This document shows, piece after piece, positions 12,500 through 27,358 of a DNA stretch of 64,000 nt. The first letter of the stretch is position 1; the number at the start of each line of letters is the position of its first letter. The notes beneath the pieces are model-generated. The model ran no database searches. It worked only from the letters and a program-made list of their open reading frames with translations, and was not told the origin of the DNA. The DNA is from Zancudomyces culisetae HAW-14-8 (lineage: Eukaryota > Fungi > Kickxellomycota): NCBI GenBank assembly GCA_052426225.1, contig JBNJNM010000006.1:2108001-2172000 (forward strand). The letters are read 5' to 3'. The position numbers and the translations under genes were made by a program.

Positions 12500-12722
12500 T
12501 GTTGTGTTGTATAATTACATGTTTAACGTCCTAATGAGTAATAATTACCCAGTATTATACAGGACGGGACTTTTGTAATATAATTAGTACTATAATTATT
12601 GTGGGAGTAAAAGACAATTTATTAATTAATTCAAAACTAGACTATTTAATGCATAAAATAATCTTATTAAAATAACCAATAAAATACAAGGAAATACAGG
12701 TATATAATTCCACTATATAACA
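12500..12722 (-). repeat. Solo LTR S2 (TGTTATATAGTGG family)
   Basis: Reverse complement begins TGTTATATAGTGG, identical to the LTR starts at 42974(+) and 18191(-), and ends ...CACAACA. Confidence 0.65.
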
Positions 12723-12724
12723 GT

Positions 12725-13413
12725 TGTTGTAATTTTAGATTTCAGAAAATTTCTCAGGAAATTTCCGCAACTAAACCTACAAAAAGTTCTGCTAATAGAG
12801 GGGAAACGTTACTGGAGAAAGTTATACTTTATTTTAACCAGTCGTTTCTACCTTATAGCTTTTATTTAATTTAGTTTTATGTACTTATTACTTCAATAAA
12901 TGCGATAAAACTGAGTAAAATTACGCCCAACTCCTAAAATTTGGTGTGCAAAACAATTAATTTTGGTCCAAAAATTAGACTCGGATACCTTTCTGATACC
13001 CTTTGAAAATTGTGTTACGCTTCACTACCTATGTTGTTTTTTTGGTTTTAGGTAGGTTTTTGCTCAAATCACAAATTTCAATTTTATAGAGTAAAATCAA
13101 GTATTTTAGAGCTAATTTGTATTTTATTTAATGAATAACTTTTAAAAACAAAAAGATGAAACCACCAAACTTGTGGTGGGGTTACTAGTAATATACTAGT
13201 ACCTGACTAGCTATTTTATTAGAACTTTATATAATAGAAACTTAAAATAAAACAATTAAAACTGAATATTTCTCCAACATTTGGGTAATTTATTACCCAA
13301 GAAATCCCAGATTTCTTGCTCGAACACCCGAGATAACGGTGGTTATTCGGTGTTTGAGAAGCTGTATGCTTTTCACCCAATAGTTTAGCTTGGATAGAAC
13401 TAAGCATACAACA
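12725..13413 (-). repeat. Solo LTR S3, an inverted near-identical copy of the E1 5' LTR
   Basis: 689 bp matching the reverse complement of 31667-32354 with only a few differences; TGTTGTA...TACAACA termini. Confidence 0.92.
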
Positions 13414-13626
13414 TGTTGTTAGTGTCGCAATAAGCCGAATTTTAATGTAAATTCGAATAGTGTACGAGAAATTTCGTTGTACAATCATTGCGGAATGCCA
13501 ATTTTTATATTTTATTATTGCCGTTTAATTTTATTTTAATTTTTTCGACTCAGCTTGAATATATTTTATAGCTGTGACCATTCATTAATGAGGTTCTAGT
13601 ATGATTTATTATTCATACTAACATCA
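13414..13626. repeat. Probable solo LTR S4
   Basis: Termini TGTTGTTAG / CTAACATCA (9-bp inverted repeat, 1 mismatch); abuts S3. No second copy in the window. Confidence 0.4.
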
Positions 13627-16309
13627 ATAATTCGAATGATTATGGTTTCCACAGTTAATATTCATAGCACCAATAAAGTATATATCAATCATGATATTAG
13701 TATTCTAAACAAAACTATAAACGTATAGATATTTATTATATTGTATAACTAGGTTTGACTTTAAGATTATATTTATAAATTATGTTGCAATATTGTTTAT
13801 TTCAATTGCAGGAATGTTTTTGTTTATCCCAGCTGTATAGCAAAAGTAAGGTTCGTATTGTTTAAATTATTAAAAATATTGGCCCAACTTTTTGTTAGAG
13901 TTTGTGTATTTAGTAATTTTTATACTGTAGCGATTTAAACTTGAAAGAAAATCTAACATAATGAAGACTTTTTTTAACGACTAGGTAATTGGTAAGTCAT
14001 CTATCAATCTTCGCTTTATGTATGTATTAGAGTGTTCCAATTCTTGAGTATATTTTAAGATTTTTGTAATTTTTGTTTATATAATTTTAGATTGTTTGAC
14101 CTTTAGTAAATAACCTAATAATGACATAATTAATCTAATTTACAATGAAAGTTGTCAACATTTTGGATAATTTTGAATATTGTGAAAATCAATTATTAAC
14201 TTTTCCACATATTTATATTGGAAAATAATATTAATATTTGTGATAATATTTAAAATTTCAATGTTTATAACTCTTAAGATTACGGATATCCAATATTGTG
14301 CTAAAACTAATACAGGAAAAATTATAGATACTATCATAGATTTTATATAATTGTTATTAATAGCTGTTCACTATACCAAAAGATTTTTATATTTGTATTG
14401 TTTTATAATATCACTGTTAGTCGAATACAGTGATATTATCCTTGCTAAGATGTAATTTTATTTGTATTTATTATTTATTATTGATTATTTAGTATTTAAT
14501 ATTAGTATTTATTTTCTCTTTGTAGTACTTCCTAAAAATATAATTATGGAAGGGCTCAAACTGTTAGGTTTTGTAGATTATTATAATTAAAAGTTGCCCC
14601 CTTTTCTTTTGAGTCGGTGAATACTCAATTTATATATTATATTCTTATCTTAATTTTTGTTTCTACATATTAGAAAAATTATATATTAATTATATGTTTA
14701 TAAAACTATTTGTAGAACGATAGTAATATTTATGGGATAAATAGTCTATAATTGAATTGTCTAAATAAATATTTACAAGTAAATTAACAAAGGATCTTCC
14801 GTCGTATATTCACTATACGACAGTATATGTGAAATTAAATATATAATATAAGTGTACGCGATGTAAATATAAATATAGTTGTTCTTATTGAATTGATAAT
14901 AATGTTATTAATTTAAGTTGAATTCTATACATCTATAGAAATTAAAATCTTTATTTATGATTCTTGAGATTTATATAAATAATATTAAGAATTTTTTATA
15001 TAACAAATATAAATATTATTCTATTTAAATATTATTCTAAAAATTATAAATATGTCTGTATCTAATATTGTTTTATCTAATAAGTATCTAAATCTCGATC
15101 TTTTACAACATTTAATAAATATATTAAATCTTCGTGAAAAAACTAAGATAACAAATCAATTATTATACCAAATTCGAATTCATATATATCTTTAATCATG
15201 ATAAACTTTATATAACGTTAGAATGAATATAAATAAGTTATATGTTTGTTTAAAATTTTTTTTTATCGAATTTAAACATTATGCGAAAATCTAGTTAAAC
15301 ATTAATTAGATAATATGATAAACTATACTACAATTTAACTATTGTAGATTTACATTTTGGTTTTAAATATTTTAATATTTAAATAGAAATTTGAAAAATG
15401 ATATTAATATTGATTTAATAGTACAAGTATTGTGAGCAGAGTAGTCAAAAATCTAAATTGATATTCGCATCATAATTTTATTAAAGAACATAACGATAAT
15501 TATAATTAATAATTTAATATTACCAATAAAGAATTGATATTTATAAACAAATAAAGGTGTTTCAATCAGATTATATCTATACCAAAAATTATAATTCTTA
15601 TAAATATAGAAAAAATTATAATGATTATTATGTCAAGTTTACCAAGTTTACTAGAAGATATGAGAAACAAAGTAGAAATAGACAGGAAATGAATTTATGA
15701 ACTATTAAATCAATTAAAATACATTGTAAATATCTTTTCAATACATTATTGCTAATAATCATATTTTTAAATTCCAAAATATTAATTAGATTTAATTTTA
15801 TCCACTATAATTCTAACCCATATTTTAATTTATAGGTATTAATATTATAATATTTTGGGCATTACTTAAAATATCAATCTAATTTATTAACTGTGGAGAT
15901 AATAATATTTATAAATTATATTTTAAATAATTTTAACCAAAATCTACAAGAATGATTTACAAGAAATTCATATAATGTAATACTATTTAAGACCAAGGAT
16001 TTTATTGCTTTAGGAAACTTTAGAATTAAAATACATGTCATCTCATTATTTTATTTAAATTAATCATTGTCATAGTTTATAATATATTGTACGACTTGTC
16101 ATGTCATTAAACAACAAGTTATAAATAAATTCAGAAATGATATTGGATGGAGTAAGAATAACATCAGCATTACAACTTATGTTTTATTAATTGATATTAA
16201 TTTACAGTTATCTCAAGCTCGACTGCACACATTTGGCAATCTGGACAAACTGTTATTTAATTAATCTTCAACATAATTTGGAAAATATTTCATTTAGGTG
16301 GATTTAAAT

Positions 16310-17590
16310 AAAGCCTACGCCCATATATCATTATCACAACTACTTGAAATAGCACCAGATTGCAAGTTAAAAACATTAAAAAATCTTATCAAATGGTAAA
16401 AAACTAGAAGTCAATGAAGTAACGAGTAACACAACACCAACAAACTGCAAAGCGTGTATATAAATTTATGGAGTTACTTACGTTCAGTCACGACACAGGA
16501 ACAGCATGCAGTTCTAATCACGAAACCAATGCATCAAAGATTAGGACTAAATCAAGAACCTTATCTGGAGGAAACTATTATTATAGCTGACAGTAATATA
16601 CATAAAGCTAAGGGTATAATAAAATACGTACCAGTCACAATTCAAATTCCTGAGTTTCGAGTAGAGTTCACAGTCTTAAAAATAAGAAATAACTAACTAA
16701 TCTTAGATGTAGACTGGTTAAAAAAACATAATGCAATAGTCCACTTAGGAAAAGAAAGACTTATATTACCTAGAGATAATGGAAATGTTATATTACCTTT
16801 AAATCTAGAAATCGTATAAGTAGTATGTATAGAGAAAGCAGTTTTTCACATAATCTAACTTTCAAGTACCCGATGATAAAATAATGGAAATAGTAAACAA
16901 AAATAATACATTCTAGATGAAAAAATGAACGAACTAACAAAAACAAATTTGTGAACATAAAGTCGAAATTACTAACAATTAGCCAATAAAAATTAAGTCA
17001 TACATAATACCACATTCAAAGAAAGAGAAATCAAGAGATGAAATTCAAAAAATGCAAAATAATGGAATATATCTCCTTGTAGGTCCGAATGGTGTGCACC
17101 TGTAGTGGTAGTCTCAAAGAAAAATTGGAGGTGTACGAATCTGTAGTGACTATAGCAAATTAAATCAATTAACATTAAAAAGTTACCTATCCTCTCCCAT
17201 TAATAGAAATATCTTTGAAACCCTCAGTGGTTCAAAAATTTTAGCATTCTTGATGCATTATCTGGAATCTGGCATGTAGCACTGAGAAAAGCCAAATACA
17301 TAACGACATAAATGTGGACTAATTCCTTAAAGATAAAAGTCCATAAAGATAGATCATTCAAACAACCACACTCACAAGTGCAAAAATACTAAAACTTCCG
17401 AATTGAGAAATTCCGTTCATCCTTTCGACAGACGCAGCTAATCAAGGACTCGGTGCAATCCTCTCTCAATCTGAACACAACCTCAACATCCTATAGCATT
17501 TGCAACAAAATTTTTAACGAAAGCACATTATATTACATATTACACATCTAGAGGGTTGAAGTTATTGGACTGATAATAATTAGAAATTAC
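16310..17590 (+). pseudogene. Decayed Ty3/Gypsy pol relic (B/E1-like): protease, partial RT, RNase H
   Basis: Fragments IIIADSNIHKAKG, LILDVDWLKKHNA, SEWCAPVVVVSKK, DALSGIW, FILSTDAANQGLGAILSQ; many stops and an internal RT deletion. Confidence 0.75.
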
Positions 17591-18099
17591 ATAATGTGTC
17601 ATTTAACAAAACAGGAACTGAAATCATATAATTAGTTAACAATTCAATGTAATTTCCCTTTATTTTTATAATTTGTTAATTATTAAAATTGATAATACTG
17701 AATAAGTATTTAAATCCAAAACTATTTATAAAACTTGACTATATAAAAAAAATGCTATTGTTAGCGATAATGGTTTTTTTTTCACTTTTAATTTATATTT
17801 ACTATTAAACATTTATACCTTAATATTGCTGTATAGTTAAATCATAATTGTTTATAATATTTGTAAATAGATCATAACTTAATTTAACTGATAATATTTC
17901 ATGCCAAGAAATCGTTCTAATATTATTATTTTATACTGCTCACTAATAATCCTAATTAATAAACCTATATTTATTAAACTCTTAATTTTTGCTTGGTTCT
18001 AATCATGAAAATATCCGTAGATAATAAAAACTAAACTAGAACTTTTATAATAATAAATAAAATAATAATAAACCATGAAAGATCCTACCTTTTGATACA

Positions 18100-18450
18100 C
18101 ATGAACTTGGATATCATTTATATAATTAAACTAAAATAATTTGTAGGTTAATCCTATAGGATCTAGAAGAGATCACTGCCACTATATAACAGTACCCTCC
18201 CCTTAAGCTCGGATGCCCCCATCCGGATCACGTAGTTTGATTTGTTTAAGTGTCGACAAAGCTTTGCCGTGGCCTCTGGTAAGGTACTGCTACTGGAAAT
18301 ATATTTTTTCAAGAGATCCCCATTTACCAGATCATGGTTTCCATAGTCATCTTTAATTACGTATGCGCCTTTAGTTAATACCTTACTACCCGATAAGGTC
18401 TTTCCCAACGGCTTTCCAACTTCTGTTTTTCGAGTTCGACTATTATTAGA
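18100..18450 (-). mobile_element. 3' end relic of an E2-family element (integrase tail, PPT, start of 3' LTR at 18191)
   Basis: KGAYVIKDDYGNHDLVNGDLLKKY matches the E2 tail; AAGGGGAGGG PPT, then TGTTATATAGTGG. LTR distal end not resolved. Confidence 0.75.
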
Positions 18451-20282
18451 ACTGTCGCATTTTTTCTTATTCTATTATTTTATTTTTTACTAAATAAATC
18501 ATTCTTTTTATCTAGTTTACTTTTATATTAACATAGTCATATTTAATGTATTCAATATTATTTAATAGTGATATTCTTTTATTCTTATAACTCATATTTC
18601 AAGTAAATTTTTGTTCTCATTTTGAATAATATAATTAAATTGACTTGTATTATAAAATATATATGATATAACTAGATTTAAAATATATATTAAAACTTGA
18701 TATAAGAAAAATAATAGCATAATAAACTATAAGAATATTATACACTGTTAATATCCACAACGAATTTTCTTGGGTTTATTTACTTTATTGTCAGAGATAT
18801 TATAAATATAAAACCAAGATCGCAATACCTTGTTTATAGTAGAAAAAATAATTTCATACTTCTATAAACATTCAAGGGGTTAGACCCTTGATTGGTTTAA
18901 TGAATTAAATCTGGGGTAAAGTCTAAGATTGAAAATTTTTTTCTGATGTAAATTATAACTGTTACTTGAAAATAGAATTGGTAATAAAAAAATTTTTTTT
19001 ACCAAATACAATTTATGTATCTTTTCTAAAATGGAAATTCAACTAAATAAATAATTTAACTTTAATAGAATTATAATTAACTTGATTTATTGTTATAAAG
19101 AACAAAGTTCTATCTATACAATTTTGTTTTAATCTAGAAATAAACTGTTATACATTGTTTTTAGATTTTGTTAAAAAAGGTTAATATGATATTTTATATA
19201 ATATGATTTCGATGCTTTGATCAATACCTTATGATCAAAATAACTAAAATTTTAAATTTACTTTTAGTTATATCAATAATAATATTTTATAAAATATGAA
19301 ATATAATGTAAAGTTTTTAATTTTCCAAGTTATAGTAACATGTATCAACAGTACTTTCAAAATTTTAATTGATATTGTCACTAAACGAGATCTATTGAAT
19401 ATGCAAGTTTTTCATCTTATAGTATTACAATTAAGATAATCCAAATGATTTTATAGATGATAAATTAATAATATAATTAAGATTTTATCATGTATTATTA
19501 TTATCAGTTACATGTTATATTTATTATTCATAAATTTATTACTATTATTGTTTCTTGAAAATTTAAGTACTAAGGAAGTTTATTCAATCGAATATAGTCA
19601 TTTAATTGTGTTTGACAAATAAATATAATTAGGTACTTTAAGAATACTTAATTCGAATATATTATCAATTTTACATTATATCATTCAGGAAACTAATATC
19701 TCCTAATTAATAACTATAATATGTATATTATTGTAATCATCACTATATTTACCCATAAGATTTAAAATTAATAAATATCATACTTCTTTACATTCGAATC
19801 ATAACTCGGGAACTTTTAATTCCCAAATACATTAATTTTTTACTGACTTTTTAGTTCATATGATTGAGATTTAAATTTTTGCCGATATCTTGTCAAATTA
19901 ACTAGAAATATCAAAATTTATATTATTTAATAATAATAAAATAGCTTGATATATTTATTATACAAAGTTAACAATGGTGATAATTGTTGGATTACATCAG
20001 AGAAAATATATATTTTAACATATAAAATATTATATTTTTCTAAATACTTACTTCTCACTAAATAAATATTTATCAAGCATAACTAATCCACGGTCCAAGT
20101 TATAAGCAGCTCATTGTTTATAACATAATATTTTTCTCTCACGACTCCAAAGATCCAGGCAAACTTCAACAGTAACAAGCAAGCTTTTCATAGCTGTCCA
20201 TCTACCTTACACTTATAAAAAGTGTTACCATAGTTCTCACTCTAGCATTAAGACTTACTGCAATACATTCAAGACTCCAAAC

Positions 20283-22780
20283 ATGGAAAATCAAGAGCAA
20301 GTGCCAAACCCAAATGAGGTTATTCAAACCTTAATGGGACAGATCGCCAGGCTTTCCGACGAAGTAGACTCCTTACGCCAAACAGCCAGTTTTCAAAGAG
20401 CATTTATTCCAGAGCCAAAAGTACCAACACCAGAAAAGTTTAGTGGTGGAAGAAAAGACAATGTCAAAAACTTTCTCTCCACAGTCTGAACCGTCTTCAA
20501 GTTACAGCCAAGCCGTTTCCCTACTGAACACATCAAGGTCCTGTACATCGGGACACTCCTCACAGACGGAGCACAAACATGGTTTAGGACGTTGCAGGAA
20601 GCACGTCATACCATACTTTTTCAGTTTAAAAACTTTATTAGTTTATTAGAAAGAACTTACGGCGAACCCAATTCTGTATGGGTTGCGCAGAATAAATTAA
20701 AAAATCTGCAGCAGGGTCGTTCCCGCTGTCTTGCCTACACTACACATTTTAAAAGTGTAGCGCTTGAGACAGAGTATAACGAACCCGCGCTCGTCAAGGC
20801 CTTCTACGAAGGATTAAATGACGAAATCAAAGACGCTCTCTCAACTCTGGATCACGTACCCACTACGTTTGAAGAGTTTACATCTCTCTGTATCAGAATT
20901 GATAACAGAATCTTTCAGAGAAGAGCAGAAAGGAATAAGGTCAAACCCTGGATTTCACCCATGCATTACACATCTTCTGAGATTACCAGAATCGATGTTG
21001 ACGTTGTGGGCACCCGTAGACTTACCGAACCTGAAAGAGATCACAGAAAACATAATAATCTCTGTTTTTATTGTGGTGGTTCAAACCACACTGTCCAAAA
21101 CTGTCCCAGAAAGAAGAGACATCAAGAATCATTCATGAATCCGCATTCCGTTAACCTGAAGAAAACCCGTTCAACAAGCAGAGACTCAGGGAAATCCATC
21201 ATTTCCAAGATCAAGAAGCAAACAGATTTGCAAGCAAAAAACCAGAGAACTCAGAAATTCGAGGGTATCTGAAGGATAATCATGAACCCTCAACATCCAT
21301 GGAGTTTCAAACTCACTATCTTAACAATACCAAGTTTTCAAATAATTTACTAATTAATATCAAGATCAAGTTAAAAATATAAAGATACACACCAAGGCTC
21401 TGGTAGATACCGGAGCATCAGGAAATTTTATAAGCAATAGACTTATAAATAATCACAGAATCATGATCCAAACATTGGATACACCCATAGAAATAATTCT
21501 AGCAAACAATAAACCTGCTAGTCATGGATTAATAACTAGCCACAGTACCTCTGGAAATCATGATCAACAAACATACTAGCACGACTACATTCAATGTCGT
21601 ACCGTCTCTCAGTTACCCCGTTATCTTAGGATTGCCATGGTTAAAACAACAACAACCAATTATTGATTGGGTAAAGCTGAAGCTAAACTTCAATCTGCCT
21701 ATATCAACAGCAACAAATAATTTAAAACTTAACCAAATTACCTTTTCGGAGATATCATTTGATCCATATGATGATTCAGAGTATGAGGAATCATTTGAAA
21801 ACCACCCCGAGAAACTACCCATGAAATATCAAGACTACTCAGGTGTATTTTCAAAGAAGAAAGCAGACACTTTACCAGAGCTTAGACCCTATGATTGTGA
21901 AATCCCGCTAAAAGATCCAAACGCCAAGATACCGTTCAAGCCGTTATACAACTTGTCAGGTCCAGAACTCAAGACTCTAGATGAGTATATCAAAGACAAT
22001 CTCAAAAAGGGATTTATCAGAAGTCATTCCACAGCAGGAGCCCCAATATTTTTCATAAAGAAAAAAGATGGCAGTTTAAGACCTTGTATTGATTACAGAG
22101 ACTTAAACGAGCTCACAGTAAAAGACTGGTATCCACTACCACCGATTTCCGAACTATTAGATCATCTCAATGATGCCAGAATCTTCACCAAAATAGATCT
22201 GAGAGGTGCATATAATCTAGTTCGTATGAAACCAGGTGAAGAGTGGAAAACCGCCTTTCGTTCCCGATATGGTCATTTTGAATATTTAGTTATGCCATTT
22301 GGATTAACCAACGCACCAGCTGTATTTCAAGCAATGGTGAATGACATATTCAGTGATATGCTACACATATCTGTAATAGTATATCTTGATGATATACTGG
22401 TGTTTTCTGAAAACCAAGAATCACACAACAATCATGTAAAAGAAGTCCTAGAAAGACTAAGAACTCACGGTCTCTATACTAAACTAGAGAAATGCCAATT
22501 TGACCAAACTAGTGTAGAATTTTTGGGTTACATAATTTCTGATACAGGTATCGCAATGAGCCCAGAAAAAGTCCAAACTATACTTAAATGGCAAACACCT
22601 ACCCATGTTAAAGGCGTTATGAGTTTCTTATGCTTTGCTAATTTTTACAGAAAATTTATCAAGAACTATTCCAAGATAGCCAGACCGCTCACAAATCTAA
22701 CTAAGAAAGACATTCCATTTAATTGGACTCCAGAATGCCAGGACGCATTTATATTTCTCAAGAAACCATTTAATTTGGTT
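20283..22780 (+). pseudogene. Element D: truncated chromovirus-type gag-pol (Gag, protease, RT; no RNase H or integrase)
   Basis: PEKFSG Gag with in-frame TGA at 20487; CCHC CFYCGGSNHTVQNC; LVDTGASGNF at ~21400; RT GAPIFFIKKKDG...YLDD. Homology stops at ~22770. Confidence 0.85.
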
Positions 22781-25079
22781 ACAACTAGATACGTTCATTT
22801 ATTTATATTTTAATGTCTAGATTTTTGATAATATAAAATTATTAAACTTATGTGAAATATTCTCCAACGATTCCCACATCGAATGTTGTTGGTTTAATGC
22901 TATATCGTCAGATAATACTAATAGTTCTAACAAATGTTGCAATTACTTGTTTATCGCAAAAATATTATTTTCTTCGATATTATTTTTAGCGTTTGACCCT
23001 TGATTAGATTTTCGATTTTAAATTGGATTTCGTTCATCAATCGTTGTTGAGGTACAAACTATATTACATATCTTGATATTTTTTAGTATATAATTAACGC
23101 CATGAAAATAATATAACTATTTAATAATTGAAAATTTTAATAAAATATCTATTATTAAAAGATTATAAATTTAAAAACCAATATACAAATTTACATATAA
23201 AATTAAAATTCAACATGTGTTGAGAGCCTGGTTCATAATTATACTAATAAACTTAAAATTTACTGGCTAAAATGTATAACAATGGAGTCACGTATATCGG
23301 TCAAAGTTGGTTGATGAGGTTCACAAGTTGGTAGACATGGCGTGATCAAAACTTGAGCAACATTTGAAATACCCCTACTCATTATAAAGTTCTTTAAGCA
23401 AGTGTGCTGTTTGATACCAATAATATACACACTATTATTGATATTAACTATTTAACACACAGTTAATATATAAAAAAGAATATTAATTTTACTAGTTTAA
23501 TACACATTATTTAAAACATAAAGTTATTTATATTTGTATTATTTTTATATTAGATTGAAAATCTCGATTTTATGAAAAAGTATTCAAACACCAATTTACA
23601 ATTATATTTGATTAATAATATAGTATATCATTTAATATATAATATATATTTATACTAAATGGATTATTATAATATTATAATATTATTGACACAAATGTAT
23701 CAACATTAATTTGTTTAAATTCATAGTATTAAAAATACTATACTGTTAAGATACATGTTGTAAACAAGGTGCTACTTATACCTTAAAACTATAGGTACGT
23801 TAATCTTGATTATCTATAATTAGAGAATATGTAGTATTTTAGAAAATTTTAATATTAGATGGTTTAATATTCATATATTTCTCTAACGTATCCAAACGGA
23901 ATTTCGGAGAATATATATAATTTTTTTTTCAGAGAATATTAATATTAATAAAACTTGAAGAAAATGAAATTTAGCAATAAAATTTTACTATGTAAAATTG
24001 AAATAGTATAAGGTACATGCTATAATTACACTTATCATTTCTATTTGTTAATTATATCATGGATTTTTGAATTCAATTTTTTCATGGATATTTGTTAAAT
24101 TTATATTTTGCATAATTTTTAGAATATGCTTTGTAAATTTTTCCAAAATAAATTTTTAGATTTCATGGCAATTTTGCAAACATGATTTCTATGGCGGATT
24201 AATATATTCGATATTCGAAAATGTAATAAACAATGTGTTATTCATTTGTAAGCCAACATGTAAACTAAAAATATGATCCGGGAATTGGTCATTCCTAACT
24301 CAATTAGTGAATACACAAGTTTCATAACAATAATTATATTCATACATTATTTACAACAATATGATGTTTGTATCATCTGATTCATCGTAGCGATGTTTCA
24401 TTAAATTAAAACCGTAATACATAAATATTATTAATAGTATTGACGTTACATTAGTATTTATGTGTTTACATATGTGATAATTCATTTGATATTATCTATT
24501 TATATTAACAATTGGTTTATATAGTATATTAATTGGTTATAATAGTTTTAGTTCAAACGTGATGATGCAATGGGACAGATTTATTTAATGAGAAATCAAG
24601 CTTTTCAATCTCTTAAACATTGGATTAAGTTTATTTGATTGAATATTCCAACTCTGATTGTGTTAATTAAAAAATTAATAATAACATGCTGAAGCTAACT
24701 TTGATGTATTTGTCATGAGCTTGTTTAATGTGGTGTAAATTGGAGATTATTAAGTACTGCTATAAAATATATTTATTGTTGACACTTGTCAGATAAGTTT
24801 TTCTGAAGATATAAAAAATGCTATTTAAACTAATTGTTTGTAATATATAAATTTAATATTAAAGACTAAAATGTTGCATTAATAGAAAGTAGTTAAATTT
24901 AATGAACTATTTAAAGTAAAGTTGTGTTTTGGTTAGTTTCAATATTAAACATGTTTAAAATCATAATTCTGATTAATCCAAATCATGTTTGATATTATTT
25001 GTTGATTTAAATTGAAACTGTTAAATATTAGTTTATGACAGTAGTATTGTTAATAGCAATATTATTGAGATATTTTTGT

Positions 25080-27240
25080 AACTAACACACTAAAGTTTTA
25101 ATTTGTTTTGCCATGTTTGCGAAGCCTGCAATAAATTTCCTATAATAATTGCGTAATCTTAAAAATCCTAATAGTTGTCGAATAAAATTCGGTTGTTCCC
25201 ATTAGACTATTTCTATTACTTTAGCTTTACATGGACTAATACTACCATTGTTATTTGATGTCCTATTAATATGATCTTTTTTACTCCAAGGCTACATTTT
25301 TCTAGATTTAATCAACTTGTGTTAAGATACTTGTTTAATACTAGTTTTAGATGTAATTCGTGCTCTTCCATCGTTTTTGAATAAATCAAAATATCATCTA
25401 AGTATACGAGTACGAATTGATCTAAGTATTCTCTTAAAATATTGTTCATCAGCCTTTGGAAAGTGCTCGGTGCATTACACAGTCCGAAAATCATTGCTAT
25501 ATATTCGTAACTTTCATATCTAGTTATGAATGATGTTTTTTCAACTGAATTCGTATCCATTCTAATCTGATGATATCCACTTTTCAAGTCTAACGCAGAA
25601 AAAAACCTTGCTCATGCTAGTTTGTCGAAGCTTTCATCTATTCTCGGTATTGGGTATTTGTCTTTGATAATCACCTTATTTATGCTATATAGTCGACCAC
25701 TGTAACAGCCAATAATGTTACATTATACTACCCATATTTATATTATTGTATGATATAATTATGCCATTTTGGGGAAACCCAAAATTATTTCGTTTTTGGG
25801 GGAAAAAAAACCAAAATTAAAATTAACTTGGGTAAAATCAAAATAACCACATTTTGAGAAAAAAGGAAATTATCCACATTTATGGTAAACCAAAATTGGT
25901 TCTCATTCTAACTCAATTTCCCAACCCCCAACTCATTATTAATTTAATTTAATATTGAGTTGTGCTGTTTTGTTTCATGCCTAGTTATTTATTGTAGTAA
26001 ATTATATTCGAATTTAACGCGAGTTTTAAAACTTTAAATACTTGGTAATTTTATTCTAAAGATCTATAGCAATAAAATATCAACTTTCTTTAACTATTTT
26101 TTTCGAACATAAATAAATAATAATAACACTCAGTTGTCAAGTCCTGACAAATATACATTTCTTCTTTTATATAATCATTTGTTTTATGCTTTGTTGTAAT
26201 TCCCTAAGAATTACAACCTGTTTAACCAATAAAACACGTTCTGTGAACACACATATTCATTACGTATTATCTATTTTCTTAACCATTTAACTGGATTAGC
26301 CCAAGGTGATGTTGATAGTTGGATTATCTGTTTGTTTAATAGTTTTTTTATTTTTTTTTATTTCTAATGCTTGTTATTCATTTTCCCTAATACTAGATTT
26401 GGTGACTGGAGTTTGATTTGTCGAAACTGTTTAATTTATAAACTATTTCTAGCGTTTGATTCTTCATTTATCGAATAAATCTTCAATTTGTTAACAATTC
26501 TTTTTATCTCCTCGGTACCATATTTCGAATTTGCTTCAGTTGATTCAATTAACATAATTATCGTGTATATGTCTTCTAAATGTCTTTTATATATTAGTTT
26601 TGAAACTTTGTTTTTACAAATATTATATTGTGTTTAGGATAATATATATTATATATTGTATAAATAAAGTTCCAAATATAATATACATGATTGTAGCTAA
26701 GTCTGTATCTTTCCAAAAATCAAAACCTAAAATAATGTAGAAAAAGTCTAATTTGAACACATAGCTTTTACTGGTAATAATACTCCATCCAATTGATCAG
26801 TGTTGACTATTTTCGCACTTACGTTATCTATACCGTTCTCCGTTTTATATATTCTCTTGGTTGTTAGTACTCTTGTTAATTTTAATTTTGACACTAAACT
26901 ATCATCGATAAAGCTCGTGTTACTCCTGAGTCTATTAGATAATTAAAGATTTCATTTATAACTCCCATATTATTGGTATTCTTTGTCCAATCTTACTGAA
27001 CCTAGATTAATTATGTCATCAATTTTTGTTAAGTATTGCGCTATCTGTATGTCTAGGTAGCCTAACTTGTTGGCTATAATAATGATTTTATTTTTATGTA
27101 CCTCGTAGTACGATTGAAGCCCCTCTAACACAATTTTGTATCTGCAGTTAGATTCCGAACTCTCACTGTTAGTGCTTATAATCTTTTCATTCACTCTCCA
27201 GTCATTATTCGCGGTATTGTAAATAAAATTTTTTTTTCGT
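25080..27240 (-). pseudogene. Decayed C-like Ty3/Gypsy pol relic (RT, probable protease region)
   Basis: STSPWANPV, KDKYPIPRID, DLKSGYHQI, FGLCNAPSTFQ, YLDD and FLRLRNYYRKFIAGFA fragments. Right boundary is approximate. Confidence 0.75.
25701..26249. mobile_element. Probable solo LTR inserted in the RT relic
   Basis: ~550-bp non-coding block, TGTAACAG...CTGTGAACA, that splits the RT motif CV|DY; CAC on both flanks. Confidence 0.5.
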
Positions 27241-27358
27241 TTTTAGTTTCTGGAAAAATTTATAATATTACGCTTTGAGTAAAGAAATTATATTACTCTA
27301 TGTATTTAATAATAATTTAATTTCTAGATAATATCTTATTGTGATGTTTTTTAATATT

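Noticed and set aside
13219-13488. Duplicated small ORF (also at 31673-31861)
   Set aside because: Lies within the S3/E1 LTR copies, so the duplication reflects the LTR and not coding selection.
13627-25080. More ACA-N(0-2)-TGT junctions in the decayed core (23215/23218, 23755/23756, 24784/24787)
   Set aside because: Such short motifs are common by chance in AT-rich DNA, and no LTR end is independently defined there.
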